In this document: positions 29,017 to 39,089 of the stretch, piece after piece
Layout of the letters: every line of letters starts with the position of its first letter
How positions within the stretch are numbered: position 1 is the first letter of the stretch
Assembly (NCBI GenBank): GCA_040380025.1
Contig: JBEIJY010000024.1
Location: forward strand, 1-39,223
Length of the DNA stretch: 39,223 nucleotides
Reading direction: 5' to 3'
Source of the DNA: Bdellovibrionales bacterium
Lineage (GTDB): Bacteria; Bdellovibrionota; UBA1018; CAIMNF01
Position numbers and translations under genes: made by a program
Notes under the pieces: model-generated
The model's input: the letters and a program-made list of their open reading frames with translations, nothing else
Database searches by the model: none
Told to the model about the DNA's origin: nothing

Positions 29017-31160
29017 GCGCGGCGCTCAAGCTCGCGGTATTCCGGAACGGAGACCTGGTTTCGGAAGTTTCGTTCGATGGCAAACCGCTCTGGCTCGGAC
29101 GCGGGGACGAGTGTGCGCTCCGGATCGAGGATCGCGCGATTTCGCGCAAACACGCGTTGATCCATCAGACTCGCGATGGGGTCGAATTCGAGAAAAAATC
29201 GAAGTTCGGCGAGGTGAAGGTGGATGGGCGCGATGTCTCGCAACTGTTGCTGAGAGGCGGGGAATGCCTGAAACTCGGTGAGTTCGAGCTGCGGGTCGAG
29301 CCAAGCGGCGAGCAGACGATCGAGCCAAGCGGCGATCCGGCACCCGTGAACGTAGAAGCCGCGCCCGGCGAAGACATGCCGGTGGACGTGCCGTTGGATG
29401 TCCCGGTGGAGATGCCGGTGGAGATGCCGGTAGACGCGCCTTCGACTCCAGCGGAGTCAGACTTCGGATCGGATGCTCCGGATGGCGCCACCCGGGTGCT
29501 CGATGCGGCGGTGCTCGCCAAAAAATTCATTCTCGACTTCGGCGAGACCGGGAGTTTCTACGAACTCGGAACCGAAGAAGGCGCAGGGCCGGTTTTCATC
29601 GGTCGCGCGAACTGTCACGTGATTCTCGAGGACCGGAAGTCTTCCCGTCGCCACGTCTCGGTCGAATTCCGCGATGGCAAGCACGTGTTGCAGGATCTCG
29701 GTTCTTCGAACGGAACCCTTCTGAACGGCGAAAAACTCACCGGAGAACGCATTCTCGAGAGTGGCGACGAGATCCAGATCGGCGACACGAAATTCCAGTA
29801 CCGCATGGTCCAGGCGGACTACGACCAGCGCCAGCAGGAGTTCCTGCAGCTTCCGCCCGAGCCGGAACCCGAGCTGGCCGCTCCGCCGGCTCCCGAGAGC
29901 TGGTATTCGCCGCCGATGGATCCCGGTGCCGTCGGGGCGCCCGCCGGAACTTTCGACGCGGCTCCTCCTCCCGTGCAGGACTTCGCACCCGAGGTGCACG
30001 AAGAGAACCGCTCCTTCCTCGCACGAGGACTCGAACGATACCGCATGCTCCCGGTCCGAAAGCAGATCATTTACGGAGTGGCCATTTTGGCGGGAATCTA
30101 CTTCATGCTCGAAGAAGAAGAGACCGTGACCCGTCCGACCCTGCAGTTGACCAAGCCCGTGCCGGCGGCGACAAAAAAAGAACCCGGAACCAAGCCGGGC
30201 GCTCTTCCTTCGTTCGAGGCGCTGAGCCCCGAGCAACAAGCCTATGTGGAGTCGCAGTACAACATCTCGTTCGAGCATTACAAGAACCGCGACTACGACA
30301 GCTGTCTTCTCGAGGTGGGGAAGATCTTCAGTTACGTCCAGGACTACAAGAACGCCCGCGAGATCGAAGCCTTCGCCCGCGAGGGAAAACGCAAGCTCGA
30401 GGCCCGCGAAGAGGAGCGGAAACGAAAAGAAGCCGAGCGGCAGGCCCAGCTTCGTCTTCAGTCGCTGATCGACCAGGCGGGACTGCTCATGGACCAAAAG
30501 AAATACAAAGAGGCCGAAGAGCTGTTTCCCGAAATCGAACTGATGCAACCCGAGAACCAGTCGGTTTCGGCATGGAAGAAGATCATCATCGAGGAGGCCG
30601 CCCGGGCCGAGGCGGAACGCCAGGAACAAGAACGGATCGCGAAGGGTAGGGAGAGCCTCTGGAGGCGCTACCGAGTGGCGAACGGGGTCCTCGAAGAGAA
30701 AAAGTACTTCGAGGCGTTGGATTTGCTCGATGCCCTGGTGGGGCAGGAGTTCGCCGAGCCCGCATTCGAGAAGTCCGTCGCGGAATCAATTCGGAAAGCC
30801 GAGGAGGCGATCGCGGCGGAGCGCGACCCCTTGCTTGCGGAGGGCCGAAAGTTCGAGGCCGATGGAAAACAAACCGAGGCGTATCGGGCTTATCAAAAAG
30901 CATTGCGGGTGGACCCGACCGACACTGAGGCTCCTGCGGGAATGGCCCGGATCCGCGATGCGCTCAATGCGAGGGCGCGGGCCATTTATTCTGAGGGCGT
31001 GATCGCCGAAGGCTTCGGCGAACTCGAGCAGGCCGAAAAGAAATACCGCGAGGTGCTCGAAGTCGTCCCCGATGACAGCGAGTACTTTGCCAAGGCGACC
31101 AGCAGGATCCGGAAGCTGACCGCGTACCGGTACCCGGCATCGACGGAGGAGAAGCAATGA
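29013..31160 (+). CDS. Double-FHA, TM, coiled-coil/TPR protein
   Basis: LGR..ISRKH and IGR..SSRRH..DLGSSNGT; TM IIYGVAILAGIYFML; AYQKALRVDP TPR. Confidence 0.88.
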   Translation: MSAALKLAVFRNGDLVSEVSFDGKPLWLGRGDECALRIEDRAISRKHALIHQTRDGVEFEKKSKFGEVKVDGRDVSQLLLRGGECLKLGEFELRVEPSGEQTIEPSGDPAPVNVEAAPGEDMPVDVPLDVPVEMPVEMPVDAPSTPAESDFGSDAPDGATRVLDAAVLAKKFILDFGETGSFYELGTEEGAGPVFIGRANCHVILEDRKSSRRHVSVEFRDGKHVLQDLGSSNGTLLNGEKLTGERILESGDEIQIGDTKFQYRMVQADYDQRQQEFLQLPPEPEPELAAPPAPESWYSPPMDPGAVGAPAGTFDAAPPPVQDFAPEVHEENRSFLARGLERYRMLPVRKQIIYGVAILAGIYFMLEEEETVTRPTLQLTKPVPAATKKEPGTKPGALPSFEALSPEQQAYVESQYNISFEHYKNRDYDSCLLEVGKIFSYVQDYKNAREIEAFAREGKRKLEAREEERKRKEAERQAQLRLQSLIDQAGLLMDQKKYKEAEELFPEIELMQPENQSVSAWKKIIIEEAARAEAERQEQERIAKGRESLWRRYRVANGVLEEKKYFEALDLLDALVGQEFAEPAFEKSVAESIRKAEEAIAAERDPLLAEGRKFEADGKQTEAYRAYQKALRVDPTDTEAPAGMARIRDALNARARAIYSEGVIAEGFGELEQAEKKYREVLEVVPDDSEYFAKATSRIRKLTAYRYPASTEEKQ

Positions 31161-31891
31161 GCGGATCAAAAAAAAGCATGATTCCACTTCGTTTCGCCGA
31201 AGGGTTCCAGTTGCAGGGCCCGGTTCCGGTGCAAGAAGATTACTTCGAGATCGATCCGAAGCGGGGGATTTTCATTCTTGCCGATGGATTCGGCGGGACT
31301 CCGGGCCGGCGCGCGGCCGAGCTTGCCGTCCGGTCGATCCGGCAGTTCCTCGAGCTCGAGGCAGGAGATCTCGATGCGACCCTGCCCTTCGAGTTGCGTC
31401 CTTATTATTCGATCGCAGGGAATGTCCTGTTGAATGCGGTTTCGTTCGCGAATCAAAAAGTCCTCGACATGAACGGGGAGCGTCCCGCGGAGCAGTCGGG
31501 CGGCGCGAGCGTGATCGCGGGATATGTCGACGGGAAGCTTTTGTCGGTGGCGCGGGTGGGGGCCTGCGCGCTTCATTTAAGGCGGGGGGGGCAGATCCGT
31601 CGTCTCATCGCGCCGAAAAACCTGTTGGAGCAAGTGGATCCCTTCGCCGGAGAAGGCCCGGGCGATGCCGTGCCGCTCATGAGCATCGGGACCGTGCGCC
31701 GTCTCGAGCCCGAGATTTCGGAGTTCGAGCTGAGGCCCGGGGATGAGCTCTTTTTCGGGACCTCGGGTGTGGGATCGCTGATTCGCGGTGAGGTGGCGGG
31801 GCTCTCCGATCCCTCCGCAATCAGCCAGTGGATTGACGGCGCCCGTGCCGGAACGACTGCGAATGCGTCGATGATTTGGCTCGGCTTCTAA
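31157..31891 (+). CDS. PP2C/PPM-family phosphatase-like protein, apparently degenerate
   Basis: QED and LADGFGG present; later Asp motifs replaced (VGAC, GTSGV, ANASMI). Confidence 0.75.
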   Translation: MSGSKKSMIPLRFAEGFQLQGPVPVQEDYFEIDPKRGIFILADGFGGTPGRRAAELAVRSIRQFLELEAGDLDATLPFELRPYYSIAGNVLLNAVSFANQKVLDMNGERPAEQSGGASVIAGYVDGKLLSVARVGACALHLRRGGQIRRLIAPKNLLEQVDPFAGEGPGDAVPLMSIGTVRRLEPEISEFELRPGDELFFGTSGVGSLIRGEVAGLSDPSAISQWIDGARAGTTANASMIWLGF

Positions 31892-31930
31892 TTGCCCGCC
31901 TGTCGTGGGATCATGAAGAAGGGAGGGGGA

Positions 31931-32125
31931 ATGGCGAAGAAGAAATCCGATTCGGGTCAGGCCGTGCTCGAGTATGTGATTCTGCTCGCGATCACCGTGG
32001 GAATCATGATCTATTTCGTACGCAATCTTTCTTCCGGCATGAACAAGACCATTCCGAAATGGGGGGGGAGTCTCGAGGTCCAGCTCAGGGCTGGAGCGGC
32101 TCCGGCATCGATATGGAAGAAATGA
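31931..32125 (+). CDS. Flp-like pilin
   Basis: Class III signal GQAVLEYVILLAI; 64 aa; purine-rich SD. Confidence 0.8.
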   Translation: MAKKKSDSGQAVLEYVILLAITVGIMIYFVRNLSSGMNKTIPKWGGSLEVQLRAGAAPASIWKK

Positions 32126-32397
32126 GCCGGTCGGGCCAGGCCGTCACGGAGTATGTGCTCCTTCTCGCGATCGTCGTCTTCATTTTCTCGTCTGCGATGA
32201 GACTGCTTTCTTCGGGGAATGCGGTCGTGAACATTCAAAAGGCATTCACGGAACAGTTCGCGCGGACCTACCGGTACGGACACCCCGAGGCCCGCGGCCT
32301 CGATGACGGAGGTCCGCTGAATCTGCCGCTTTACCAGCCGGCCGACGGTTCCGAGAGCCATAACTTCAGAATTTTCATCAATCCGCCGAAAGAGTGA
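32122..32397 (+). CDS. Flp-like / minor pilin
   Basis: MSRSGQAVTEYVLLLAIVV; ATGA overlap. Confidence 0.8.
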   Translation: MSRSGQAVTEYVLLLAIVVFIFSSAMRLLSSGNAVVNIQKAFTEQFARTYRYGHPEARGLDDGGPLNLPLYQPADGSESHNFRIFINPPKE

Positions 32398-32924
32398 TCG
32401 GGATGGAGAATCTCAGGAACAAAGGGATTTCAGGCCAGGCAATGATCGAGTTCGTGCTCGGCATGGTGCTCACGTTTTCCTTCTTCTTTTTTTACGTCAA
32501 GATGTGCGCGGCCTTCGCGATCGGAAACTACATCCATTATGCGACGTTCATGGCCGCACGGGCGTATTCCTCCTCCGCGTCCACCCCCGATGTCCAGCAG
32601 GAGCGGGCAGAGGAGGTTCTGAAAAAAATGTTGAAAGGCCGATTCCGGAGCGTGATCCGCGAGAAGCCCGACGGGATTCGCGTCGGCCCCGGACCGTATT
32701 TCGAGGAAGGTCCCCAGAACCGGTGGAACCAGGGTGCGACCTATTCGTTTTCGGTCGATCTCGCCCTGTACCCTTGGAGCACAAAAGGCCAGTCGATCAA
32801 AATGGATCTGACCAGCGAGAGCTGGATGCTCCGGAATGCGAGCCGCAAAGAGTGCGAGGATCAGAAAAACAGTTTGAAGGGATCGCTGAACGCCCCCGGA
32901 TTGGAGTGGGACAATGGATGCTAA
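32394..32924 (+). CDS. TadE-like pseudopilin
   Basis: GQAMIEFVL, hydrophobic helix and A.F.AARA motif. Confidence 0.8.
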   Translation: MIGMENLRNKGISGQAMIEFVLGMVLTFSFFFFYVKMCAAFAIGNYIHYATFMAARAYSSSASTPDVQQERAEEVLKKMLKGRFRSVIREKPDGIRVGPGPYFEEGPQNRWNQGATYSFSVDLALYPWSTKGQSIKMDLTSESWMLRNASRKECEDQKNSLKGSLNAPGLEWDNGC

Positions 32925-33453
32925 AGGGCAAAGCATTCTTGAAGTCGTCATCGTGCTCCCGTTCCTGTTCACGCTCGTGCTCCTGCTGTTCCGGTTCAAC
33001 ATGGGTATCCAGATGGCGATCAACAACGTCCAGCATGCGCGCGCGCAGATTTACGTCCTTGCGGGGAATTCGCCCGAGTATCCGCGGATCGAGTTCCGGA
33101 GCGCGGGGCTCACGTTCTTCAAGCGCCGCATGGATTTGATGATTCTCGGAGTCGCCGATCCCACAGCGATCGATGAGGGCGATTATAGCGGCGATGTCAT
33201 GCCGCCCATTCCACAGATTCAAAGGGTCGGAAACCGTTCGCTGCCCGGAGCGAGCTCGGAACCGGGCGAGGGAATGCCTCGCACCGAGGTACGCGTGCGG
33301 GAGACTGCCGCGATCTGCACCCAGAGCAACGGGGTCGGCGCGAATCTGGCTTTCAGTCCCCGGAACATTCCGGCCCTCGGAGCGCGGAGGTGGCCGTTCG
33401 GCAATCTGCCGTGCCAGTACGAGGGCACATGGATAGGAGGTCTGAATGAATAG
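32914..33453 (+). CDS. TadE-like pseudopilin
   Basis: GQSILEVVIVLPFL. Confidence 0.8.
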   Translation: MDAKGQSILEVVIVLPFLFTLVLLLFRFNMGIQMAINNVQHARAQIYVLAGNSPEYPRIEFRSAGLTFFKRRMDLMILGVADPTAIDEGDYSGDVMPPIPQIQRVGNRSLPGASSEPGEGMPRTEVRVRETAAICTQSNGVGANLAFSPRNIPALGARRWPFGNLPCQYEGTWIGGLNE

Positions 33454-34300
33454 CAAGGCGATGACGCTTTCTCTCATCATGGCCGGAATCGCCGTATTCT
33501 TCGTTATGAGTTCGGTCAATTCGATCAAAGAGGAGTCGCGGACCCGCTACGGCAAGGACGTGACCGTGATCGTGGCGAAAGAGGACATCCGCGAGATGGA
33601 CACGATCCACGAGAAGATGATGGAACCCAAGGTGGTTCCGATCACCTTCGTCGAACCGACCGCGATCCGATTCACGGGGACCGGCATCGAGGAGAGTTCC
33701 GATGTGTTCCAGAGCGAGATTCGGCGGATTGTCGGGAACATCGCCTTGGTCTCGATCAAGAAGGGCGAGCAACTGACCCTGAACAAGATCGCCGAGACCA
33801 GCATGAGAACCGGACTTTCTCCCCAGATTTCTCGCGGAAGGCGCGCATTCTCGATTCCGGCCGACGATGTCAGTGCCGTCACGAGGCTCCTCAGGCCCGG
33901 CGACCGGGTCGATGTGATCTCGATCGTCGACGTGGGAGCGGCATCCGGACGCGACAACAAGGTGGCGCGGACCCTGTTCCAGGACCTGGTCGTGCTCGCC
34001 GTGGGCCGGAACATCACGAACAACTTCGCGAGGCGCGTGGACTTCGACCCTTCGACCGGACGAGAGCGGGTTCGCAACCTCACCGAGTACGACGGCTATT
34101 CCACCGTCACGATCGAGGTGGAGCCCTTCCAAGCGCAGCAGCTTGCGGCGATCCTCGCCGGATCCGGAAACCGCATCATGCTCTCTCTGCGCAACAATGA
34201 TGATACCGACCGCACCGCACTCGCGCCCACCCGGGCCGGGGATACGGTGAACGACGGAATCCGGACGCCTGCGGCCTCGCCCGCACAGGGGGAGAAATGA
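33446..34300 (+). CDS. cpaB: Flp pilus assembly protein CpaB/RcpC
   Basis: VIVAKEDI SAF domain, G.RAFSI, LRPGDRVDVI, VLAVG and LSLRN..D motifs. Confidence 0.92.
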   Translation: MNSKAMTLSLIMAGIAVFFVMSSVNSIKEESRTRYGKDVTVIVAKEDIREMDTIHEKMMEPKVVPITFVEPTAIRFTGTGIEESSDVFQSEIRRIVGNIALVSIKKGEQLTLNKIAETSMRTGLSPQISRGRRAFSIPADDVSAVTRLLRPGDRVDVISIVDVGAASGRDNKVARTLFQDLVVLAVGRNITNNFARRVDFDPSTGRERVRNLTEYDGYSTVTIEVEPFQAQQLAAILAGSGNRIMLSLRNNDDTDRTALAPTRAGDTVNDGIRTPAASPAQGEK

Positions 34301-35994
34301 GCATCCTCCCCCGTCGGAGAATGTGCTTTTTGCTTCTGCTGATCCTCTCGCACCCTTCCGCGCAGGCGCAAGAACCGGCTACGCCGGAGCAGGCGCAAGA
34401 ACCCGTCCGCGTCCAGAGGCGTCTCGGGAAAGCCCCGAACCAGTTCCAGAAGTCCCGCTACACTCTTGATCGTTCCGAAGGCACCGCAGATCGCCGGACG
34501 CTCGTGCTCGCCAAGGGCGTCGACAAGGTGGTCGATCTGGATCCGGGAATCGAGTTTCCCTTTCCGCCCGAGGCCAACTCCATCCGGATCGGGAACGTCG
34601 CCGTGGTCAATGTCGCTCCGATCGGAATCGGAAAAGAACGCCAGCTCATCTTCCAACCGCTCGAGCCCGGCGAGACGAGCGTCACGATCCGCGATAAATC
34701 CGGCGCGATCCGGATCATCTTCGATGTTCTCGTCGCGAATCAGAATCAAGTGCGGTTCTATGAGCGTCTCCGGGAGAACCTGAAGGAGGTCGAGGGGATC
34801 ACGATCTCGCTCGAAGACAAAAACATCGTCATCCGGGGCGAAGTGCTGACCCTCCCGGACTATGCCGCGATCTTCAGCGAGATCGCCGACAAAACCTACG
34901 GAGAGTTCGTGGTGAGCAAGGTCAGGATGTCGAGCATCACGCTCGGAATCCTCGCAAAGAAGATCGAGCAGGACCTGCAGACAACCGTGGCTCAGACCCT
35001 TCGGGTCGAGGTGATCAACGGCAAGATCGTGCTCGGAGGCACGGTCGAAAGCGCGGATGCGAAATCGCGCGCCTTCAATCGCGCCTTCTGGTACATTCCG
35101 GCCGCTCGCGTGAAGGACTCCCTCGCGAACGCGCCGAACATGGAATTCGCCGAGGCCGACAAGCGTTCGGCCTTCCTCCAGAACGACATCGCGGTGAACG
35201 CCCCTCCTCCCAAGCGCGACAGCAAGCTCGTGCGGATGACCGTGTATTTCGTCGAACTCACCAAGGACTTCCTGAAGAGCTTCGGATTCAAATGGGCGCC
35301 CGGTTTCACGGCTGATCCGACGATCGCAGTGGGCAGCAATCCCGCAACGGGGGTCGCGACCAGCGGCGATGGCGGCTTCAGCTTCAGCGCGACCCTGAGT
35401 TCGCTGTTTCCGGCCATCAGCACCCCCCCCTCGAATGCTTCTTATGGACGCGTGATGAAGTCGGGGACGGTTGTGGTCAAGAGCGGCGAGGAGGGAAAAA
35501 TGGAAGACAACATCCAGATTCCCACTCAGACGATCGCGGCCGGCGGGGTTCAGGGGTTGGGCCCCTCCCTGAATTCGGCGGGATTCAAGATCTCGATCCG
35601 GCCGACCATCATGCAAGGGACGGATCTCGATGTCGACATGGACATCACCCAGAGCAGTGTCGTGGGCAAGGCGGCCGCAGGAGCGCCGATCACCTCGAAT
35701 CACGCGATCAAGACCCGTGTTTACATGAAATCCGGCGAAGTCGCCGCGGTTGCGGCCGTGAACAAGCAGGATGTCTCGACTTCTTTCAATCGCGATGACC
35801 CGAATCCGACCCAGTCCGGGGGCGCAGCGGCCGGGCCGCGGACCTCGCCGCTCTTCAATCTTCAGCGTTCCAAGAACATGTCGAAGGCGAAGGGGCAGTT
35901 CGTGATTTTCATCTCGCCGCTTATCATCGAAAACGCATCGGACGGAACCGAGGATCTGAAGAAGAACTTCAGGATGTCCTCGAGCACCCGGTAA
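34297..35994 (+). CDS. cpaC: Tad secretin (CpaC/RcpA-like) with BON-like domain
   Basis: Signal peptide, PGETSV.I N-domain, IVLGGTV, V.M.VYFVEL and FVIFISP.II; position between cpaB and cpaF. Confidence 0.8.
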   Translation: MSILPRRRMCFLLLLILSHPSAQAQEPATPEQAQEPVRVQRRLGKAPNQFQKSRYTLDRSEGTADRRTLVLAKGVDKVVDLDPGIEFPFPPEANSIRIGNVAVVNVAPIGIGKERQLIFQPLEPGETSVTIRDKSGAIRIIFDVLVANQNQVRFYERLRENLKEVEGITISLEDKNIVIRGEVLTLPDYAAIFSEIADKTYGEFVVSKVRMSSITLGILAKKIEQDLQTTVAQTLRVEVINGKIVLGGTVESADAKSRAFNRAFWYIPAARVKDSLANAPNMEFAEADKRSAFLQNDIAVNAPPPKRDSKLVRMTVYFVELTKDFLKSFGFKWAPGFTADPTIAVGSNPATGVATSGDGGFSFSATLSSLFPAISTPPSNASYGRVMKSGTVVVKSGEEGKMEDNIQIPTQTIAAGGVQGLGPSLNSAGFKISIRPTIMQGTDLDVDMDITQSSVVGKAAAGAPITSNHAIKTRVYMKSGEVAAVAAVNKQDVSTSFNRDDPNPTQSGGAAAGPRTSPLFNLQRSKNMSKAKGQFVIFISPLIIENASDGTEDLKKNFRMSSSTR

Positions 35995-36014
35995 CAAGAG
36001 GGGAACCGGAGCGC

Positions 36015-38177
36015 ATGGGACACATCATCGCAGTGGTCGGAGGAAAGGGCGGGGTCGGAAAAAGCGTTTTTGCGGCGAATCTTGCGATCGCCTACCAGCT
36101 GAACTCGAAACAACGCGCGCTCCTGATCGATCTGGATTTCCAGAGTCTGGGCGACCAGAACATCATCCTCGGAGTGAACAGCCCGAAAACGATCGTCGAC
36201 GTGTCGCGGGCGCAGGTGTCGCAGTGGGATCCGAAGGCGATCACGCCCTACATGGTGAACACTCCACAGGGACTGAGTCTGATCGGAGCGCCGCGGGAGG
36301 CCGCGCTCGCGCGGGACATCGATCTCGACGGGCTTGGCAAATTCCTGAAGGGCGCCGCACAGGTGTTTCCGTGGACGGTGATCGACTGCGGGGGAGGGAC
36401 CGAGCCCCATGCGCTGAAAGCGATGGAGCAGGCTTCGTTGATTTTCGTGGTGACCACTCCCGATGTGATCGTCGTGAATCAGACCCGGCGGATTCTCGCC
36501 CGGGTGCAGGAGCTGTTGTTCCCGCCCGAGATGGTGCAGGTGGTGGTGAACCGTCTGTCGCCCTCGAATCTGATCAATCCCCAGTTGATCCAGAAGAACC
36601 TGAATCGCGCGCCCTTTTTTGCCATTCCCGAAGACGCTGGCACTTGCGATGCCGCGCTGGCGAAGAGCCAGCCCTTCACGGTGTCGAATCCGGGGGCGGC
36701 CGTCTCGCGCGCCTATTCCGATCTCGTCCGGCGGATGGAGCAGACAAAAATGCTCGATCAGCTCGCAAAACTGAACCGACCGACTGGTGCCGCCCAGAAA
36801 GCACAGGCCGGAGCGGCCGCTTCGGGCGCGCAGGTCCAACCTGCCGGTGAGGGGAACGGCGGACCCTCCGCCCGCTCGAAGGGCGGAAATTACGATCCGT
36901 GGACGAACATGAAGCTCCGGATCCATCGGGCCCTGATCGATGTGGTCGACATGAAAAAAATGAACACCGACCTCGCCGACCCAAAACAAAAGGAAGTTCT
37001 GCGCGAGAAGACCCAGAAGGCGATCTTGGACGTCTTGGGTAAAGAGGATCTCACCACCTTGTGTCCCACCCGCGAGCATCGCGCCCAGCTGGTGAAGGAG
37101 GTGCTCGATGAGGCGCTCGGGCTCGGGCCCCTCGAGGATCTTCTCGCCGATGACTCGGTGACCGAGATCATGGTGAACGCCCGCGATCAGATTTATGTCG
37201 AGCAGAATGGAAAGCCCGGTCTCTCGAAGGTCACCTTCACGAGCGAGCAACAGATGATGATCGTGATCGAGCGGATCGTGACTCCGCTCGGAAGACGCGT
37301 CGACGAAAAAACCCCTTATGTCGATGCCCGGCTTGCTGACGGATCGCGGGTGCATGTCATTATTCCGCCGCTTGCACTCCGGGGGCCGACCATCACCATC
37401 CGGAAGTTCCCGAAAAAACGGATCACCTCGGGCGATCTGGTGAACTACGGCTCGATGACGAGCGAGATCGCGGACTTTCTTCGGGCCTGCGTCGAGGCGA
37501 AGCTCAACATCGTCGTGTCGGGGGGGACGGGCTCGGGTAAAACGACCCTTCTGAATGTTCTTTCGAATTTCATCCCCTCTACCGAGCGGATCATCACGGT
37601 CGAGGATGCGGCCGAACTCCAGCTCGGGCAGGAGCATCTGGTTCGTCTCGAAACTCGACCCAAGAACATCGAGGGCGAGGGAGAGGTGGCGATCCGCGAC
37701 CTGATCAAATGTTGTCTTCGGATGCGACCCGACCGGATCGTGGTCGGGGAGTGCCGCGGCGGAGAGGCCATGGACATGCTCCAGGCCATGAATACCGGTC
37801 ACTCCGGCTCGCTCACCACTGTGCACTCGAACAACCCCAGAGAGTGCATCGGACGCCTCGAGACCCTTGTCATGATGGCCGGCATGGGGCTCCCCCTGAA
37901 GGCGATCCGCGAAACGATCGCGAGCGCGGTGAACCTCATCATCCAGCAATCGCGCCTCTCGGACGGATCAAGAAAGGTGACCTATGTCTCCGAGGTGATC
38001 GGGATGCAAGGCGAAACCGTCACGATCCAGGACATCTTCGTCTTCAAGCAGGAGGGACTCGACAAGAACCGGAAGATCATCGGCCGCTTCGTGCCCACCG
38101 GCTTCATTCCGAAGTTCGTCGAAGAGATGGAAGCAAAGGGCATGAAAATTTCCCGCGGGCTTTTCGCGGTCAAATAG
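36015..38177 (+). CDS. tadA: CpaE/TadZ (MinD-like)-CpaF/TadA pilus ATPase fusion
   Basis: N-terminal GGKGGVGKS deviant Walker A; C-terminal [40 protein letters not shown] and AMNTGH. Confidence 0.93.
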   Translation: MGHIIAVVGGKGGVGKSVFAANLAIAYQLNSKQRALLIDLDFQSLGDQNIILGVNSPKTIVDVSRAQVSQWDPKAITPYMVNTPQGLSLIGAPREAALARDIDLDGLGKFLKGAAQVFPWTVIDCGGGTEPHALKAMEQASLIFVVTTPDVIVVNQTRRILARVQELLFPPEMVQVVVNRLSPSNLINPQLIQKNLNRAPFFAIPEDAGTCDAALAKSQPFTVSNPGAAVSRAYSDLVRRMEQTKMLDQLAKLNRPTGAAQKAQAGAAASGAQVQPAGEGNGGPSARSKGGNYDPWTNMKLRIHRALIDVVDMKKMNTDLADPKQKEVLREKTQKAILDVLGKEDLTTLCPTREHRAQLVKEVLDEALGLGPLEDLLADDSVTEIMVNARDQIYVEQNGKPGLSKVTFTSEQQMMIVIERIVTPLGRRVDEKTPYVDARLADGSRVHVIIPPLALRGPTITIRKFPKKRITSGDLVNYGSMTSEIADFLRACVEAKLNIVVSGGTGSGKTTLLNVLSNFIPSTERIITVEDAAELQLGQEHLVRLETRPKNIEGEGEVAIRDLIKCCLRMRPDRIVVGECRGGEAMDMLQAMNTGHSGSLTTVHSNNPRECIGRLETLVMMAGMGLPLKAIRETIASAVNLIIQQSRLSDGSRKVTYVSEVIGMQGETVTIQDIFVFKQEGLDKNRKIIGRFVPTGFIPKFVEEMEAKGMKISRGLFAVK

Positions 38178-38195
38178 ACAGGGTACAATCAAGAC

Positions 38196-39074
38196 GTGGA
38201 CTCCCTTTATTCCAGCTGGCTTCTCGGAATCCTGGTCTTCGTGAGCGCCTTCCTGGTCGCCATGCAGTTCTCCGACCGGATCATCGATTGGTTCCGCTTC
38301 CAGTCCATCGGAACCCGGGACTACATCGCCGAAAAACTCAAGCTCATGATGATCGACATTCCGCCCGAGAGAATCCTTCTCTATCAGGTGGGCGCATCCT
38401 TCGGGCTCGGTGCTGTCTTCTTTTTGCTCTGCCTTCCGAACATCCCGGCAGGCCTGTTTTTCGGCATTCTGGTCGCGGCGGGCGCGTGGATCATGCCCCG
38501 TCCGATCGTGAACATGATGTACCGGAATCGCGTCGATCTTTTCGTGAACCAGATGGTCGACGGACTCGGACTCATGGCGAATGGAATGCGCTCCGGACTC
38601 TCGGTCGCACAGGCGCTCGGGCTCGTGGTGAGCGAGATGCCTAAACCGATTTCGCAGGAGTTCGAGGTGGTCCTGAACCAGAACAAGTTCGGACTCTCGC
38701 TCGAGGAGGCCTTCTTGAATCTCTCCAAGCGCGTGGTGGCCGATGAGGTCGAGATGTTCGTGACCTCCGTCAATATCCTGAAGGAAACCGGCGGAAACCT
38801 GGCGGAGACCTTCGACACCATCACCACGCTCATCCGTGAGCGCATCAAGGTCGAAAACAAGATCAAGGCCATGACGGCCCAGGCCTTCTGGCAGGGCATT
38901 GTCCTGATGTGCGTTCCACCGTTCATGGCGGTCGTCTTGTCGCAGAGCGATCCGGAGATGATGATGAAATACATGTTCTCATCTCCGCTCGGGTGGGTGG
39001 CCTGCGCAGTGGTGGTGATTCTCGAGATTGTGGCTTATATTGTAATCAAGAAGATCACCACAATCGATGTTTAG
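38196..39074 (+). CDS. tadB: Tad pilus platform protein TadB
   Basis: RSGLS..QAL, P.PIS.EF and ETGGNLAE.F......IRER motifs. Confidence 0.92.
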   Translation: MDSLYSSWLLGILVFVSAFLVAMQFSDRIIDWFRFQSIGTRDYIAEKLKLMMIDIPPERILLYQVGASFGLGAVFFLLCLPNIPAGLFFGILVAAGAWIMPRPIVNMMYRNRVDLFVNQMVDGLGLMANGMRSGLSVAQALGLVVSEMPKPISQEFEVVLNQNKFGLSLEEAFLNLSKRVVADEVEMFVTSVNILKETGGNLAETFDTITTLIRERIKVENKIKAMTAQAFWQGIVLMCVPPFMAVVLSQSDPEMMMKYMFSSPLGWVACAVVVILEIVAYIVIKKITTIDV

Positions 39075-39089
39075 GGGAGAGGGGCTCGC

